A DNA stretch of 44,271 nt, taken from positions 1 through 44,271 of the forward strand of contig DAONLG010000001.1 of the NCBI GenBank assembly GCA_035406565.1, read 5' to 3'. Origin of the DNA: Soehngenia sp. (lineage in GTDB: Bacteria; Bacillota; Clostridia; Tissierellales; Tissierellaceae). The stretch's first letter is position 1. Every line of letters begins with the position of its first letter. Of this stretch, positions 1 to 11,100 are shown piece by piece. Both the position numbers and the translations under genes were made by a program. A model generated the notes under the pieces. That model was not told the origin of the DNA. It did not search any database and saw only the letters and a program-made list of their open reading frames with translations.

Positions 1-322
1 TAATTATGGCTCCTGAATTTGATAAATATTTTTGGTTATCACCAAGTCTCTCAGGATCACTACTGTCTAATACAAATATTAGGTCAAATCTCAAATTATC
101 TTCTGGCTTTATTATTTTATTTATATTAGGTAGGAATAATAAATCACTAGGTACATAATCAGATTTTAATATTGTAACATTTTTACCAAATTTTTCCAGT
201 GAATTTCCAAGTGCTAATATCGATCCAATATTATCCCCATCAGGATTTAAATGTGATACTACCCCAATGCAAGTTGATTTATTTATTTCATTAGATAATT
301 TTTGTTTTATCATATTATTCAT
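1..322 (-). CDS. nrnA: DHH-family phosphoesterase (nanoRNase/pAp phosphatase NrnA), 5' part; runs off the window edge
   Basis: Not in the ORF track. Manual translation gives MNNMIKQKLSNEINKSTCIGVVSHLNPDGDNIGS...FDLIFVLDSSDPERLG..., with the DHH-family motifs HxNPDGD and VLD. It has a GGAG RBS and the usual position after rbfA. Alternative ATG at 313. Confidence 0.88.
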   Translation of the reverse strand, partial: MNNMIKQKLSNEINKSTCIGVVSHLNPDGDNIGSILALGNSLEKFGKNVTILKSDYVPSDLLFLPNINKIIKPEDNLRFDLIFVLDSSDPERLGDNQKYLSNSGAII

Positions 323-707
323 TTTCTGATTCTCCATCAGTTTGTTCTTTACTAATATTTTCATCATTTGAAACTTGTTTTATAAGATTTGTCATATAAA
401 TGGCATGTTCAATGCTATCGTCAATATAAAATATAGGCTCAGGTGTTATTCTAAGATTTACTTTATCTCCAATGGCTTTTCTTATATATCCTTTTGCGCT
501 CTCAAGGCCTTTCAAAGTATTAGCTTTTTCTTCTTCATTGCCCAATACTGATACATATATTTTAGCGTATTTTAAATCCTTTGTTACAACTACTCTATTT
601 ACACTAGCCATTTTGCTGATTCTGGGATCCTTTATATTATTTAAAATCAAATCAGCAACAACTCTTTTTACTTCTTCAGAGATCCTATTTATTCTCTTCT
701 CATTCAT
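315..707 (-). CDS. rbfA: 30S ribosome-binding factor A
   Basis: IKDPRI, DLKYAKIYVS and LRITPEPIFYIDDSIE motifs; follows infB. Start moved to ATG 707 (AGGGGTG RBS at 714-720). Confidence 0.96.
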   Translation of the reverse strand: MNEKRINRISEEVKRVVADLILNNIKDPRISKMASVNRVVVTKDLKYAKIYVSVLGNEEEKANTLKGLESAKGYIRKAIGDKVNLRITPEPIFYIDDSIEHAIYMTNLIKQVSNDENISKEQTDGESENE

Positions 708-718
708 TTTCAACACCC

Positions 719-2815
719 CTAATTGCTATCTACTTCTTTCAAAATATAAGCTTCAATATTATCTCCTTCTTTGATGTCATTGAAGTTTTCTAAAGCTAAA
801 CCAGCTTCAAAGCCAGTTTGTACTTCTTTAACATCATCTTTGAATCTTTTCAATGATGAAACCGACCCATCATAAATAACCACATCATCTCTCAATAGTC
901 GTATTTTTGAATTTCTAGTAATTTTGCCATTTAGTACATATATTCCAGCAACAGAAGTACCATTTGGGAGTCTAAAAGTTGCCCTAACTGTTGCTCGACC
1001 TAAAACTTCTTCAACTATTTTAGGAGCATGCATTCCTTTTATCGCTGCTTGTATATCTTCAATTGCTTCATAAATTACTCTATATGTTCTAATGTCAACA
1101 TTTTCTTTTTTTGCAACTTCTATGGCATTTAAATTTGGTCTTACATTGAAACCTATCACTAGTGCATTTGAGGCTGAAGCTAGCATTACATCGCTTTCTG
1201 ATATACCACCAACCCCACTGTGAATAACATTAACTCTCACTTCATCTGTTTCTAATTTATTTACAGATTGAGTTAATGCTTCTATTGAACCTCTAACGTC
1301 AGCTTTAATGATAAGATTTAACTCTTTTAATTCACCTAATTTGATTCTTTCAAATAGATCATCTAGAGATACTTTTGTTGTTTGCTTAATTTGTTGTTCT
1401 TTTAGTTCATTCTTTTTTAGATCGGCTAAATGCCTTGCTATTTTTTCATTTTCTACAGCATAAATCATATCTCCAGCATTTGGTACTTCTGATAAACCTA
1501 AAATCATCACAGGAATTGATGGAGTTGCTTTTTTGACTTTTTTCCCCTTATCATCAAACATAGCTCTAATTCTTCCACTAGCTGTACCTGATACAACCAT
1601 ATCTCCAACATTTAACGTCCCTTTTTGAACTAATACAGTAGCTACAGGACCTCTACCTTTATCTAATTGAGCTTCAATAATTGTGCCCACTGCTTTTCTA
1701 TTTGGATTTGCCTTTAATTCTTGCATTTCAGCTACTAATAAAACCATTTCAAGCAAATCTTCGATGCCAATTTTATTTTTTGCAGATACTGGAACCATTA
1801 TTGTATCACCGCCCCAGTCTTCTGCCAAAACACCATTTTCAGCTAATTCTTGCTTAACTCTATCAATGTTTGCCTCAGGTTTATCAATTTTATTAATAGC
1901 TACAATTATAGGTACATTTGCAGCTCTTGCGTGTGAAATAGCTTCAATTGTTTGAGGCATAACACCATCATCTGCTGCAACTACAAGTATTGCTATATCA
2001 GTTATCTTAGCTCCCCTAGCACGCATGGAAGTAAATGCCTCATGCCCAGGGGTATCTAAAAATACAATTTTCTTATTATTAATATTTACAGTGTAAGCTC
2101 CGATATGTTGGGTTATTCCACCAGCTTCCTTCCCTGTAACATTAGTATGCCTAATTGCATCCAATAATGAGGTTTTGCCATGATCGACATGACCCATTAC
2201 TGTTACAACAGGAGGTCTTGGTAATAAATCATTAGGGTCATCTTCATAATCTAGCTTATCAATTTCAGATTCTTCTTCTTTAGTAGTTGAGACACTGATT
2301 TTATATCCAAATTCTTCTGCTACTAACTCAGCAATTTCAGAATCAATAGTTTGATTCTGAGTAGCCATAATGCCTAATGGTATCAATTTTGAAATAACTT
2401 GGGCAGGATTTAATTGTAATTTTTCAGCTAATTCTTTTACTGTAATCTCTGTTTCAATTTGTATTGTTTTTTCAAGGGTATTCTCTATCATATCTTTATT
2501 ATCTATATTATCTTCCTTAATGTTATTTTTTTTCTTGCCTGTTTTTTTGTGCTTTGTTTTTTTCTCATCAAATTCAGCACTTGTTAATTCAGCATTTATC
2601 TGAGTCTCTTCTATTAATTTGTCTTTATCTTCTGTAGATTCTTGTACTTTATTTTCTTCTTCTAGTAATAGTTCTTTAATCAGTTTAGCATCTTCTTCCT
2701 CAATAGAACTCATATGGCTATGGACATTTATATTGAGTTCTGATATTTTTTCAACTAGCTCCTTGCTAGACATATTTAATTCTTTAGCTAATTCATAAAT
2801 TCTTATTTTCGCCAT
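719..2815 (-). CDS. infB: Translation initiation factor IF-2
   Basis: G-domain motifs [16 protein letters not shown] and NKID; N-terminal [11 protein letters not shown]. Start moved to ATG 2815 (GGAGGTG RBS), giving 698 aa. Confidence 0.98.
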   Translation of the reverse strand: MAKIRIYELAKELNMSSKELVEKISELNINVHSHMSSIEEEDAKLIKELLLEEENKVQESTEDKDKLIEETQINAELTSAEFDEKKTKHKKTGKKKNNIKEDNIDNKDMIENTLEKTIQIETEITVKELAEKLQLNPAQVISKLIPLGIMATQNQTIDSEIAELVAEEFGYKISVSTTKEEESEIDKLDYEDDPNDLLPRPPVVTVMGHVDHGKTSLLDAIRHTNVTGKEAGGITQHIGAYTVNINNKKIVFLDTPGHEAFTSMRARGAKITDIAILVVAADDGVMPQTIEAISHARAANVPIIVAINKIDKPEANIDRVKQELAENGVLAEDWGGDTIMVPVSAKNKIGIEDLLEMVLLVAEMQELKANPNRKAVGTIIEAQLDKGRGPVATVLVQKGTLNVGDMVVSGTASGRIRAMFDDKGKKVKKATPSIPVMILGLSEVPNAGDMIYAVENEKIARHLADLKKNELKEQQIKQTTKVSLDDLFERIKLGELKELNLIIKADVRGSIEALTQSVNKLETDEVRVNVIHSGVGGISESDVMLASASNALVIGFNVRPNLNAIEVAKKENVDIRTYRVIYEAIEDIQAAIKGMHAPKIVEEVLGRATVRATFRLPNGTSVAGIYVLNGKITRNSKIRLLRDDVVIYDGSVSSLKRFKDDVKEVQTGFEAGLALENFNDIKEGDNIEAYILKEVDSN

Positions 2816-2843
2816 CTTAACACCTCCGATTTTTAGGTGACTT

Positions 2844-3107
2844 TCATTTTTTGATAACCTCTCTAAGTTTTTGGTATACGTCTTCATTAATTTCAGTTTG
2901 TAAATGTTTTGACAATTTTTTTGATTTAATTATATCATTTAAGCAATCTTCAGAAGCACAGATATATGCACCTCTTCCATTTGCTTTTCCAGTTAGATCT
3001 ACACTTACTATGCCATCGCTATTTTTTACTATTCTTATTAAATCTCGTTTTGGTTTCATTTCATTACAAGCAATACATTTTCTTAGTGGTATTTTTTTAG
3101 GACTCAT
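2844..3107 (-). CDS. ylxR: YlxR/RnpM (DUF448) RNA-binding protein, RNase P modulator
   Basis: [16 protein letters not shown] and GRGAYIC motifs; lies between nusA and infB. Confidence 0.93.
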   Translation of the reverse strand: MSPKKIPLRKCIACNEMKPKRDLIRIVKNSDGIVSVDLTGKANGRGAYICASEDCLNDIIKSKKLSKHLQTEINEDVYQKLREVIKK

Positions 3108-4167
3108 TTAAACCATCTCCATTTATACTATTGTATTGGCTTTCAGATTTTATATCGATTTTCCAACCAGTCAATTTTGCAGCTAATCTTGCATTCTGGC
3201 CTTCTTTACCAATTGCTAATGATAATTGATGGTCAGGAACTATTACAAGTGCTGATTTCTCTTTCTCGTTGGAAAACACATGAAGAACTTTTGAAGGGCT
3301 TAAACTATTAGCAATAAATTCATCCACATTTTTGCTCCAAATTACAATATCTATTTTTTCACCATTCAGTTCATCTACAATAGCTTTTACTCTAGTTCCT
3401 TTAAAGCCAACGCAAGCCCCGAGCGCATCTACTTCCTCACTCTTAGAAAATACAGCTATTTTTGTTCTTGAGCCAGCTTCTCTTGCAATTGAATAAATTT
3501 CAACTATACCTTCTACTATTTCAGGAACCTCTATTTCAAATAATCTCTTTACCAGGCTTGCACTTGCCCTTGACAAAATTATCTGCGGTCCCTTTGTGGT
3601 TTTTTTAACTTCCGAAATAAGTAATTTTAACCTGTCACCTTGATTATATATTTCTCCAGGTATTTGCTCTGTAGGAGGTAATATCCCTTCTATCTTCCCA
3701 AGATCAATATATACATTGTTCTTTGATATTCTTTGTACCTGTCCTGTGATAATCTCATTTTCTCTATTAATAAACTCTTCAAATATCACGTCTCTTTCTG
3801 CATCTTTAATCCTTTGTATTACTACTTGTTTTGCTGTTTGAGCTGCTATTCTACCAAAATCTTTCGGTGTAACTTCTAGCTTTATAGAGTCTCCAACACT
3901 TAATTTAGGATCTATTTTTTTAGCAGATTCGATTGAAATCTGCAGCAATTCATCTTCTAATTCATCATTGTCCACAATTGACTTGATTGCAAAGACTTTT
4001 ACATCACCTGTGTTATTATCAATTTCTACTACTACATTTTGTGAAGAACCAAAGTTCTTTTTATAGCTAGATATTAGTGCTGACTCTAAGGCATCTATAA
4101 TTATGCATTTTGGAATCCCTTTTTCTTTTTCTATTTCTTCAAGGGCGCTGATGAAATCAACATTCAT
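3097..4167 (-). CDS. nusA: Transcription termination/antitermination factor NusA
   Basis: FGRIAAQTAKQV, AREAGSRTKIAV and LSLAIGKEGQNARLAAKLTGWKIDIKS motifs. Start moved to ATG 4167 (GAGGAGGAG RBS). Confidence 0.98.
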   Translation of the reverse strand: MNVDFISALEEIEKEKGIPKCIIIDALESALISSYKKNFGSSQNVVVEIDNNTGDVKVFAIKSIVDNDELEDELLQISIESAKKIDPKLSVGDSIKLEVTPKDFGRIAAQTAKQVVIQRIKDAERDVIFEEFINRENEIITGQVQRISKNNVYIDLGKIEGILPPTEQIPGEIYNQGDRLKLLISEVKKTTKGPQIILSRASASLVKRLFEIEVPEIVEGIVEIYSIAREAGSRTKIAVFSKSEEVDALGACVGFKGTRVKAIVDELNGEKIDIVIWSKNVDEFIANSLSPSKVLHVFSNEKEKSALVIVPDHQLSLAIGKEGQNARLAAKLTGWKIDIKSESQYNSINGDGLNES

Positions 4168-4194
4168 CCTTTTACTCCTCCTCATATTCAAATA

Positions 4195-4668
4195 TTAAAA
4201 ACGTATTATTTGTCTCATTAACGAAATTAATTCTCTTGGAATTGTCATTTTATCTTCTTCAACTTGTATTGTAACAGTTTTTTCATCATAATCAATTAAT
4301 ATACCTTCAATATGTTTTTCACCATTTACTGATTTGTATAAATTTACTTCTACTTCTTTTTCTAAATTTCTTTTTAAATCTTTGTCTGTTTTTATTGGTC
4401 TGTCTAATCCTGGAGATGATACTTCTAGATAATAAGATATATCAATTATATCTAGTTCATCTAATTTTTCTCCTATAATCTCACTTACCAATTGGCAATC
4501 CTCTAAATTAATACCTCCACTTTTATCAATAAATATTTTTAAGTAATATTCATTTTGTTCTTTGACAAATTCGACATCAACCATTTCATATCCTAAATTG
4601 GATATTAAAGGTTCGCCTAATGATTTTACAGACTGAACTATCTCTTTTCTATTCAATTTTTTCACCAT
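4195..4668 (-). CDS. rimP: Ribosome maturation factor RimP
   Basis: GINLEDC and YYLEVSSPGLDRP motifs; first gene of the nusA operon. TTG at 4656 is a possible alternative start. Confidence 0.95.
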   Translation of the reverse strand: MVKKLNRKEIVQSVKSLGEPLISNLGYEMVDVEFVKEQNEYYLKIFIDKSGGINLEDCQLVSEIIGEKLDELDIIDISYYLEVSSPGLDRPIKTDKDLKRNLEKEVEVNLYKSVNGEKHIEGILIDYDEKTVTIQVEEDKMTIPRELISLMRQIIRF

Positions 4669-4677
4669 ACCTCTTGC

Positions 4678-4706
4678 AAAAATTAAGAGTGGGATTCCCC
4701 ACTCTT
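4678..4706 (-). promoter_or_regulatory. rimP leader hairpin / attenuator-like terminator
   Basis: Perfect 9-bp stem AAGAGTGGG-gaat-CCCACTCTT (4685-4706) followed by aattttt on the minus strand, between a promoter and rimP. It resembles the conserved rimP leader. Confidence 0.75.
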
Positions 4707-4733
4707 TGAATTACTTGTTAATTGTCTTAGTAA

Positions 4734-4762
4734 ATTATATCATAATCGATCAATTAAATCAA
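4734..4762 (-). promoter_or_regulatory. SigA promoter of the rimP-nusA-infB operon
   Basis: TTGATT-N17-TATAAT with extended -10 (TGaTATAAT). The -35 overlaps the polC stop codon. Confidence 0.7.
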
Positions 4763-7700
4763 ATGTTAAAAAGGCTGATTTGATTTGTTTCTGGAAGATT
4801 ATCTAAACAGCCATGCTTATCCAATGCATCTATAACAGGTCTTGATGCTTTTCCTCTTACAATTAATTCTTCAATTGATAAAAATGGAGCTTTTGCCCTT
4901 TCTTCAACTAACTTTCTAGCAGCATTTTCTCCAATACCTTCGAGTGTTTTTAGAGGTGGTATAATACCTTCACTCCCAATAAGGAATTTATCGCTATCTG
5001 ATTTATATAAGTCTACTTTTTCGAATTTCAAACCTCGTGCATACATTTCTAGAGCGACTTCCAATATTGTCAACTGATTTTTTTCTTTTGCTGTAGCTTC
5101 ATTATTTTTATATTCAATTTCTTCTATCTTTGATTTTATGGCATTTTTACCTTGTAAGATTAACTCTGCATCGAAATCACTAGCTTTTGTTGTAAAATAT
5201 GTCGCATAAAAAGCTTTAGGATAATGTACTTTAAAATATGCAATTCTGAAACTCATGGTAACATATGCTGCAGCATGTGCTTTTGGAAACATATATTTTA
5301 TTTTGTTGCACGATTCAATATACCACTCTGGGATATTTAAGCTTCTCATTATGTCTTGATCTTCTTGACTTAATCCCTTACCTTTTCTTACTTTCTCCAT
5401 TGTGAAGAAGGCTTTCTTCTTGTCTAAACCCGCATTTATTAAAAAGAGCATAATGTCTTCTCTGGTTGATATAACCTCCTTTAAAGAAGCTATATTATTT
5501 TTAACTAAATCTTGAGCATTGTTAACCCATACGTCAGTACCATGAGAAAGGCCTGATATCCTTACTAATTCTGAAAATGTAGTAGGGGAAGTTTCGACCA
5601 ACATTTGGCGCACAAATTTGGTGCCAAATTCTGGTATACCAAGAGTTCCTACAGGACAATTTATTTCCTCAGGTGAAATTTTCAATGCTTTTGTGCTTGT
5701 AAATAAACTCATTGTGTCTTTGTCATCAAGAGGTATTGAGAGTGGATTTATTCCTGTAAGATCTTCTAGCATTTTTATGATAGTTGGAACGTCATGCCCT
5801 AAGATGTCTAGTTTTAATATTCTCCCACTAATAGAATGATAATCAAAATGTGTAGTAATTACGCCTGAGGAATTATCATCAGCTGGAAATTGGATTGGTG
5901 TGAAATCATGTATATCCTTGTAGTGAGGAACTATCATAACACCACCAGGGTGTTGCCCTGAAGTCCTTTTAATCCCAGTACATCCTTTTACTAATCTATT
6001 AATTTCAGCTTGACTGATTGAAATATTTTTTTGTTCATAATACTTTTTTACAAAACCATAGGCAGTTTTTTCTGCTATAGTTCCTATTGTCCCAGCTCTA
6101 AACACTTTCCCTTCACCAAATAATTCTTCAGTGTATTTATGAGCTATAGGCTGATATTCACCGGCGAAATTAAGATCGATGTCAGGCTCCTTGTCTCCTT
6201 CAAATCCTAAAAACACTTCAAAAGGAATATCATGACCATCTTTTTTTAAAAGTTTACCACATTTTGGGCAAATCTTATCTCCTAAATCAAATCCTGAAGC
6301 TACTTTACCATCTTCGAAAAATTCTGTGTAGTGGCAAGCATCACATACATAATGAGGTGGTAATGGGTTAACTTCGGTTATTCCGCTCATTGTCGCCACC
6401 AAAGAAGAACCGACAGAACCTCTAGAACCTACCAAATACCCATCTTGCATTGATTTTGTGACTAATTTTTGGGCTATTATATATAATACAGAATAACCAT
6501 TATTTATAATGGAATCCAGTTCCCGAGTCAGCCTTTCTTCTACAATATCTGGTAATGGATCACCATACATTTTTACTGCATTAGTAAAGGCCATTTCTTT
6601 AAGTTCTTCATCTGCCCCTTCAATTTTAGGAGGGTATGTTCCATCTGGTATTGGTTTTACATTGTCAATCAAATCGCTAATTTTATTTGTATTCGTAATT
6701 ACTATTTCTTTAGCAATTTCTTCACCTAAATAAACGAATTCTTCTAACATTTCATCTGTCGTTTTAAAATAAAGTGGAGGTTGATAATCAGCATCATTAA
6801 ATCCTTGACCACACATTATGATACGCCTATAGATTTCATCTTCTGGATTTAAGAAATGAACATCTCCAGTTGCTACAACAATTTTATTCCTTGATTTCGA
6901 CAAATCATAAATTTTTTTATTGATATACTTTAATTCGTCCCTGTCTTTTACTACCCCTTCTCTGACTAAGTGATAATTGTTATCTATAGGTTGAATTTCT
7001 ATATAGTCGTAAAAATCAATAATTTCATTAATCTCCGCTGTTGGTTTATTTGATAATACTGCCTTGTATACTTCTACAAGTTCGCATGCACTTCCAATTA
7101 TCAAGTTTTTTCTATATTTTTTTATCAAGCTTTTTGGCATGCGTGGCTTTCTGTAAAAATATTCTAAATGAGATTTTGAGATTAAATTGTATAAATCTTT
7201 AATACCTTCTTGATTCTTAGCGAGTATAATACAATGATATGTGTCATTCTTATTTATATTTGAAAAATTCAACCCTGTATTCAATTTTTGTGGAGTTGTG
7301 ATCCCTTTTTCTTCTAAGACTTCTAACATCTTAATTAATATATCTCCTGTTGCTCTTGCATCATCAACAGCTCTATGATGATTTATAAGTTCAACATTTA
7401 AAAATTTAGCAATAATATTGAGTTTATGACTTTTCAAATTTGGAAATAGTGCTCTTGAGAGAGCTAATGTATCTAAAACTGCGTTGTTTAAATTTATGTT
7501 CATGTTATTACATGCTTCTCTAATAAATCCCACATCAAAGGAAGCATTATGAGCAACCAAGATAGAGTCTCCAATAAAATCCATAAACTTAGGTAAAACT
7601 TCTTCTATTTTGGGCATGTTTGATACCATGTCATCAGTAATTCCAGTTAGAGAAGTAATATTGTAAGGTATGGGTATTCCAGGATTTATGAGCTGTTCGA

Positions 7701-9000
7701 ATCTATCAATCACGACTCCATTCATTATTTTGACCGCGCCAATTTCTGTAATTTTATCATTACGAGCTGACAATCCCGTAGTTTCGATATCAAAAACTAC
7801 AAAATCATCTAATACTTCATGCTTTTCGAAATTGGTAATTATCTCTTTTTGATCATTTATCATATATGCCTCTACCCCATATATGATTTTTATCTTATTA
7901 TTAAATTCACTAGCTTCTGGAAATGCCTGAACTACACCATGGTCAGTTATAGCAATGGCTTGGTGACCCCATTCTATAGCTCTTTTGATTAAAAGTTTAG
8001 CCGGACTAATACCATCCATTGAGCTCATATTAGTATGAAGATGAAGTTCCACTCTTTTTTGTGGACTTAAATCACTTTTATTTTCTTTAGCCACGGGATT
8101 CATTGATTTTACCATCAAAGTAATCTCACGGCTATAATTATCATAAGTGATATCACCATTTACATATAAGTTAACTCCTTCCCTTAAAACTTCCATATAA
8201 TCATCTATTTTATCATTCATAATAAATAATTTACATTGTATTGAATTTGTAAAATCTGTGATGTAAAATGATAACAGCTTTTTATTTCCTCTTATATCCT
8301 TATAGTTTAAATCAAATATCTCTCCGAATATAGTTACGTTTCCTGAACTTAAATCGATGTTGATAAGATCTACAGTCTTCGATGTTAGTGTTTTATCAAA
8401 AACTTTATTCTTGGATCTTTCAAACCTAACTGTTTTAGTCTGTTTGTCTTTTGTATTATCAGATTGATTAATTTCTTTCACAATTTCAAGTTCTTTAGAA
8501 TTTTGATCTGCAAAAAAAGTCTCAATATTGTCGTTTTCACAAATCGATACTAATAGCTTTTTATTAAAAACAGATTTTAAAAATTCTTCTATTTCAGAAC
8601 GTAGCCCATTCAAATTAAATGAGTGAAAAGAAACCTGATTTGGAAATTGTATTTGGACTGATTCTGTATCATCGTCAATTAACAAATTCTCTACCCATGA
8701 ATTACTTGAAGGTATTTTATTTCTTATCATTGACACAATATATTTTTTTGTAAAATCAACATCTTCAAATATATCATTAGAAAATATAAGTGAGATAGTA
8801 TAATTTGGAAATCTCTTTACAATGGAATTGTAAATTAATTCAGTATATTTCTCATTGTAGTCTAGTGGAGTTATCAAATTTATTGACAACATTGATTTTT
8901 TAGGATTAAAAATAACTCTTTCAATATAAACATTTTTGAGTTGTGGTATTTGGTTAACATCAGTAAAAAAATTTACTACAGCTTGATATTCAGAAAGCAT
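4759..9000 (-). CDS. polC: DNA polymerase III PolC-type alpha subunit
   Basis: 1413 aa. PHP domain (RVELHLHTNMS, AITDHG), inserted exonuclease (VFDIETTG, HRAVDDA), zinc finger, and polymerase motifs PDIDLNF and KLDILGH. Confidence 0.98.
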   Translation of the reverse strand: MLSEYQAVVNFFTDVNQIPQLKNVYIERVIFNPKKSMLSINLITPLDYNEKYTELIYNSIVKRFPNYTISLIFSNDIFEDVDFTKKYIVSMIRNKIPSSNSWVENLLIDDDTESVQIQFPNQVSFHSFNLNGLRSEIEEFLKSVFNKKLLVSICENDNIETFFADQNSKELEIVKEINQSDNTKDKQTKTVRFERSKNKVFDKTLTSKTVDLINIDLSSGNVTIFGEIFDLNYKDIRGNKKLLSFYITDFTNSIQCKLFIMNDKIDDYMEVLREGVNLYVNGDITYDNYSREITLMVKSMNPVAKENKSDLSPQKRVELHLHTNMSSMDGISPAKLLIKRAIEWGHQAIAITDHGVVQAFPEASEFNNKIKIIYGVEAYMINDQKEIITNFEKHEVLDDFVVFDIETTGLSARNDKITEIGAVKIMNGVVIDRFEQLINPGIPIPYNITSLTGITDDMVSNMPKIEEVLPKFMDFIGDSILVAHNASFDVGFIREACNNMNINLNNAVLDTLALSRALFPNLKSHKLNIIAKFLNVELINHHRAVDDARATGDILIKMLEVLEEKGITTPQKLNTGLNFSNINKNDTYHCIILAKNQEGIKDLYNLISKSHLEYFYRKPRMPKSLIKKYRKNLIIGSACELVEVYKAVLSNKPTAEINEIIDFYDYIEIQPIDNNYHLVREGVVKDRDELKYINKKIYDLSKSRNKIVVATGDVHFLNPEDEIYRRIIMCGQGFNDADYQPPLYFKTTDEMLEEFVYLGEEIAKEIVITNTNKISDLIDNVKPIPDGTYPPKIEGADEELKEMAFTNAVKMYGDPLPDIVEERLTRELDSIINNGYSVLYIIAQKLVTKSMQDGYLVGSRGSVGSSLVATMSGITEVNPLPPHYVCDACHYTEFFEDGKVASGFDLGDKICPKCGKLLKKDGHDIPFEVFLGFEGDKEPDIDLNFAGEYQPIAHKYTEELFGEGKVFRAGTIGTIAEKTAYGFVKKYYEQKNISISQAEINRLVKGCTGIKRTSGQHPGGVMIVPHYKDIHDFTPIQFPADDNSSGVITTHFDYHSISGRILKLDILGHDVPTIIKMLEDLTGINPLSIPLDDKDTMSLFTSTKALKISPEEINCPVGTLGIPEFGTKFVRQMLVETSPTTFSELVRISGLSHGTDVWVNNAQDLVKNNIASLKEVISTREDIMLFLINAGLDKKKAFFTMEKVRKGKGLSQEDQDIMRSLNIPEWYIESCNKIKYMFPKAHAAAYVTMSFRIAYFKVHYPKAFYATYFTTKASDFDAELILQGKNAIKSKIEEIEYKNNEATAKEKNQLTILEVALEMYARGLKFEKVDLYKSDSDKFLIGSEGIIPPLKTLEGIGENAARKLVEERAKAPFLSIEELIVRGKASRPVIDALDKHGCLDNLPETNQISLFNI

Positions 9001-9019
9001 ATTAATCTACTCCTAATAA

Positions 9020-10069
9020 TCATAGTTTCTCTATTTCTTTTAATAATTCTTCAAGCAAGTATTCTTCTTTTACTTTTTTAATTATTTGACCTTTTTTGAA
9101 TATTAATCCTTCTCCAATGCCTCCAGCAATACCTATGTCTGCTTCTTTCGCTTCTCCAGGTCCATTTACTACGCAGCCCATAATTGCAACTGTTAGTGGT
9201 TTATCAATGTGATCTAAAGCTTTTTCAACTTCTTCTGCTAATTTGATCAAATTGATCTTAGTTCTTCCACATGTTGGGCATGATATTAGAGTCAACCCTT
9301 CTTTTCTTAAACCTAGAGATTTTAATATTTCTTTCCCTACCCTTACTTCTTCAATTGGATCAGAGGTTAATGATACTCTTATTGTATCACCGATCCCCAT
9401 TGATAATAACGCACCAATTCCAATAGATGATTTAATAGTACCTCTCCATGGAGTACCTGCTTCAGTCACTCCCAAATGTAATGGATAATCAACTATTTCA
9501 GACATTTTCTTATAAGATTCAATGGTAAGAGGAACAGAACTTGCTTTGAGTGATATCTTGATATTATTAAAATTCAAGCTTTCCAATAAATTAACTTGTT
9601 CTAATGCACTTTCTACAATAGAATTCTCATTAACGCCATTATACTTTTCAAGGTATTCTTTCTTAATTGAACCTGAATTTACACCTATTCTTATAGATAT
9701 ATTTGCATCATTACAAGCTTTAACAATTTCTTTAACTTTTTGTTCATTCCCAATATTCCCGGGATTGATCCTTAAACCATCAACTCCATATTTAACTGCG
9801 CTTAAAGCTAAGCGATAATCAAATTGAATATCACCGATTATGGGCATTTTAATATATTTTTTAATTTCCTTAATTGCTTTAGCATCTTCATCAGTATTTA
9901 TAGCAACTCTTATTATGTCACAACCATTTTTCTCTAATTCAAGCATTTGTCTAACAGTATTGTCTATATCTTGAGTTACTGTATTTGTCATCGATTGAAC
10001 GGTTATTGGTGCATCGCCGCCTACATATAATTCTCCTACTTTTATTTTTTTTGTTTTTTTTCTTATCAT
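9020..10069 (-). CDS. ispG: HMBPP synthase (MEP pathway, 4Fe-4S)
   Basis: VQSMTNT, RINPGNIG, IRIGVNSGS, PLHLGVTEAG, SCPTCGR and MGCVVNGPGEA motifs. Confidence 0.97.
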   Translation of the reverse strand: MIRKKTKKIKVGELYVGGDAPITVQSMTNTVTQDIDNTVRQMLELEKNGCDIIRVAINTDEDAKAIKEIKKYIKMPIIGDIQFDYRLALSAVKYGVDGLRINPGNIGNEQKVKEIVKACNDANISIRIGVNSGSIKKEYLEKYNGVNENSIVESALEQVNLLESLNFNNIKISLKASSVPLTIESYKKMSEIVDYPLHLGVTEAGTPWRGTIKSSIGIGALLSMGIGDTIRVSLTSDPIEEVRVGKEILKSLGLRKEGLTLISCPTCGRTKINLIKLAEEVEKALDHIDKPLTVAIMGCVVNGPGEAKEADIGIAGGIGEGLIFKKGQIIKKVKEEYLLEELLKEIEKL

Positions 10070-10080
10070 ATTATTATCTC

Positions 10081-11082
10081 CTAAAATAGATTGGTTCTTA
10101 AAATATCATTATAAGTCACAAATATCATAAGTGCAAATAATAAAATCAAACCAATAAAATGAATTAATCCTTCTTTTTTTTGGTCTATTGGCTTTCCTCG
10201 CACCAGTTCTATTATTAAAAATACAATTCTTCCACCATCAAGTGCTGGAAATGGCAACAAGTTGATAAATCCTAAATTTACGCTTATAAAAGCCAATAAA
10301 TATAATAAACTAATGATCCCTTGGTTAGCAGCTTGGTTAACAGCTGAAATCACCCCTAAAGGTCCGGATAAATCATCTGCTGATACATTACCACTAAATG
10401 CAGTTATTATAAAGTCAATCATCATTTTTATAAAATAAGCTGTTTCTGAAAAACCTTCTTTAATTGATGTTATAAAATTACCTTCACCTTCAGGTATGAT
10501 ACCTATTATCTTCTTACCATCCTCAAGCCTTGGAGTTACAAAAATACTTACAATATCATTATCACGTTCAACCTTAATTTCTAATTGAGATTCTATATCT
10601 GAATTTTCTATACTATTTACTATGTCATCCCACGAGTCGATTCTATCCCCTGAAATAGAAATTATCTTATCTCCAGGTCTTAATCCGGCAAATTCTGCTG
10701 GACTATTTTCAATAATCTCAGATATTGTTGTTGTAGGTTCACCTACCATAAAGGAAATAATTGATAATACAATAATCGCAAGAATAAAGTTCATTATTGC
10801 CCCAGCTGCGACTACGGCTATTCTAGCTAAAGGGCTTTTTTTAGAAAAGCCCCTTGGATCATCAGACTCTTCATCCTCACCTTCCATTTTTACATATCCA
10901 CCTATAGGAAGAGCTCTTATAGAGTATTCTGTATCTCCTCGTTTTGTATGGTAAAATCTTGGTCCCATTCCGATTGAAAGTTCATTTACCTTTATTCCAA
11001 CTATCTTCGCAACAGTAAAATGACCTAATTCATGAATAAGAATTACGATTAAAAACACAAATATTGCTGCTATAACTGTCAT
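10081..11082 (-). CDS. rseP: Site-2 (RIP) zinc metalloprotease RseP/RasP with PDZ domain
   Basis: HELGH, LPIGGYVKM and NLLPFPALDGG motifs. Start moved to ATG 11082 (GAGGTGG RBS). Confidence 0.95.
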   Translation of the reverse strand: MTVIAAIFVFLIVILIHELGHFTVAKIVGIKVNELSIGMGPRFYHTKRGDTEYSIRALPIGGYVKMEGEDEESDDPRGFSKKSPLARIAVVAAGAIMNFILAIIVLSIISFMVGEPTTTISEIIENSPAEFAGLRPGDKIISISGDRIDSWDDIVNSIENSDIESQLEIKVERDNDIVSIFVTPRLEDGKKIIGIIPEGEGNFITSIKEGFSETAYFIKMMIDFIITAFSGNVSADDLSGPLGVISAVNQAANQGIISLLYLLAFISVNLGFINLLPFPALDGGRIVFLIIELVRGKPIDQKKEGLIHFIGLILLFALMIFVTYNDILRTNLF

Positions 11083-11100
11083 AAAAAATACCACCTCATT

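Noticed and set aside
2816-2887. Apparent N-terminal extension of IF-2 overlapping ylxR (similar extensions on nusA, uppS, rpsB, rplS, rsmD, smc, rnc)
   Set aside because: Longest-ORF artefacts; a strong RBS precedes a downstream start in each case.
4759-9000. Intein or group I/II intron in polC (also considered for recG, topA and smc)
   Set aside because: Protein lengths and motif spacing are normal, with no splice-junction or homing-endonuclease motifs seen.
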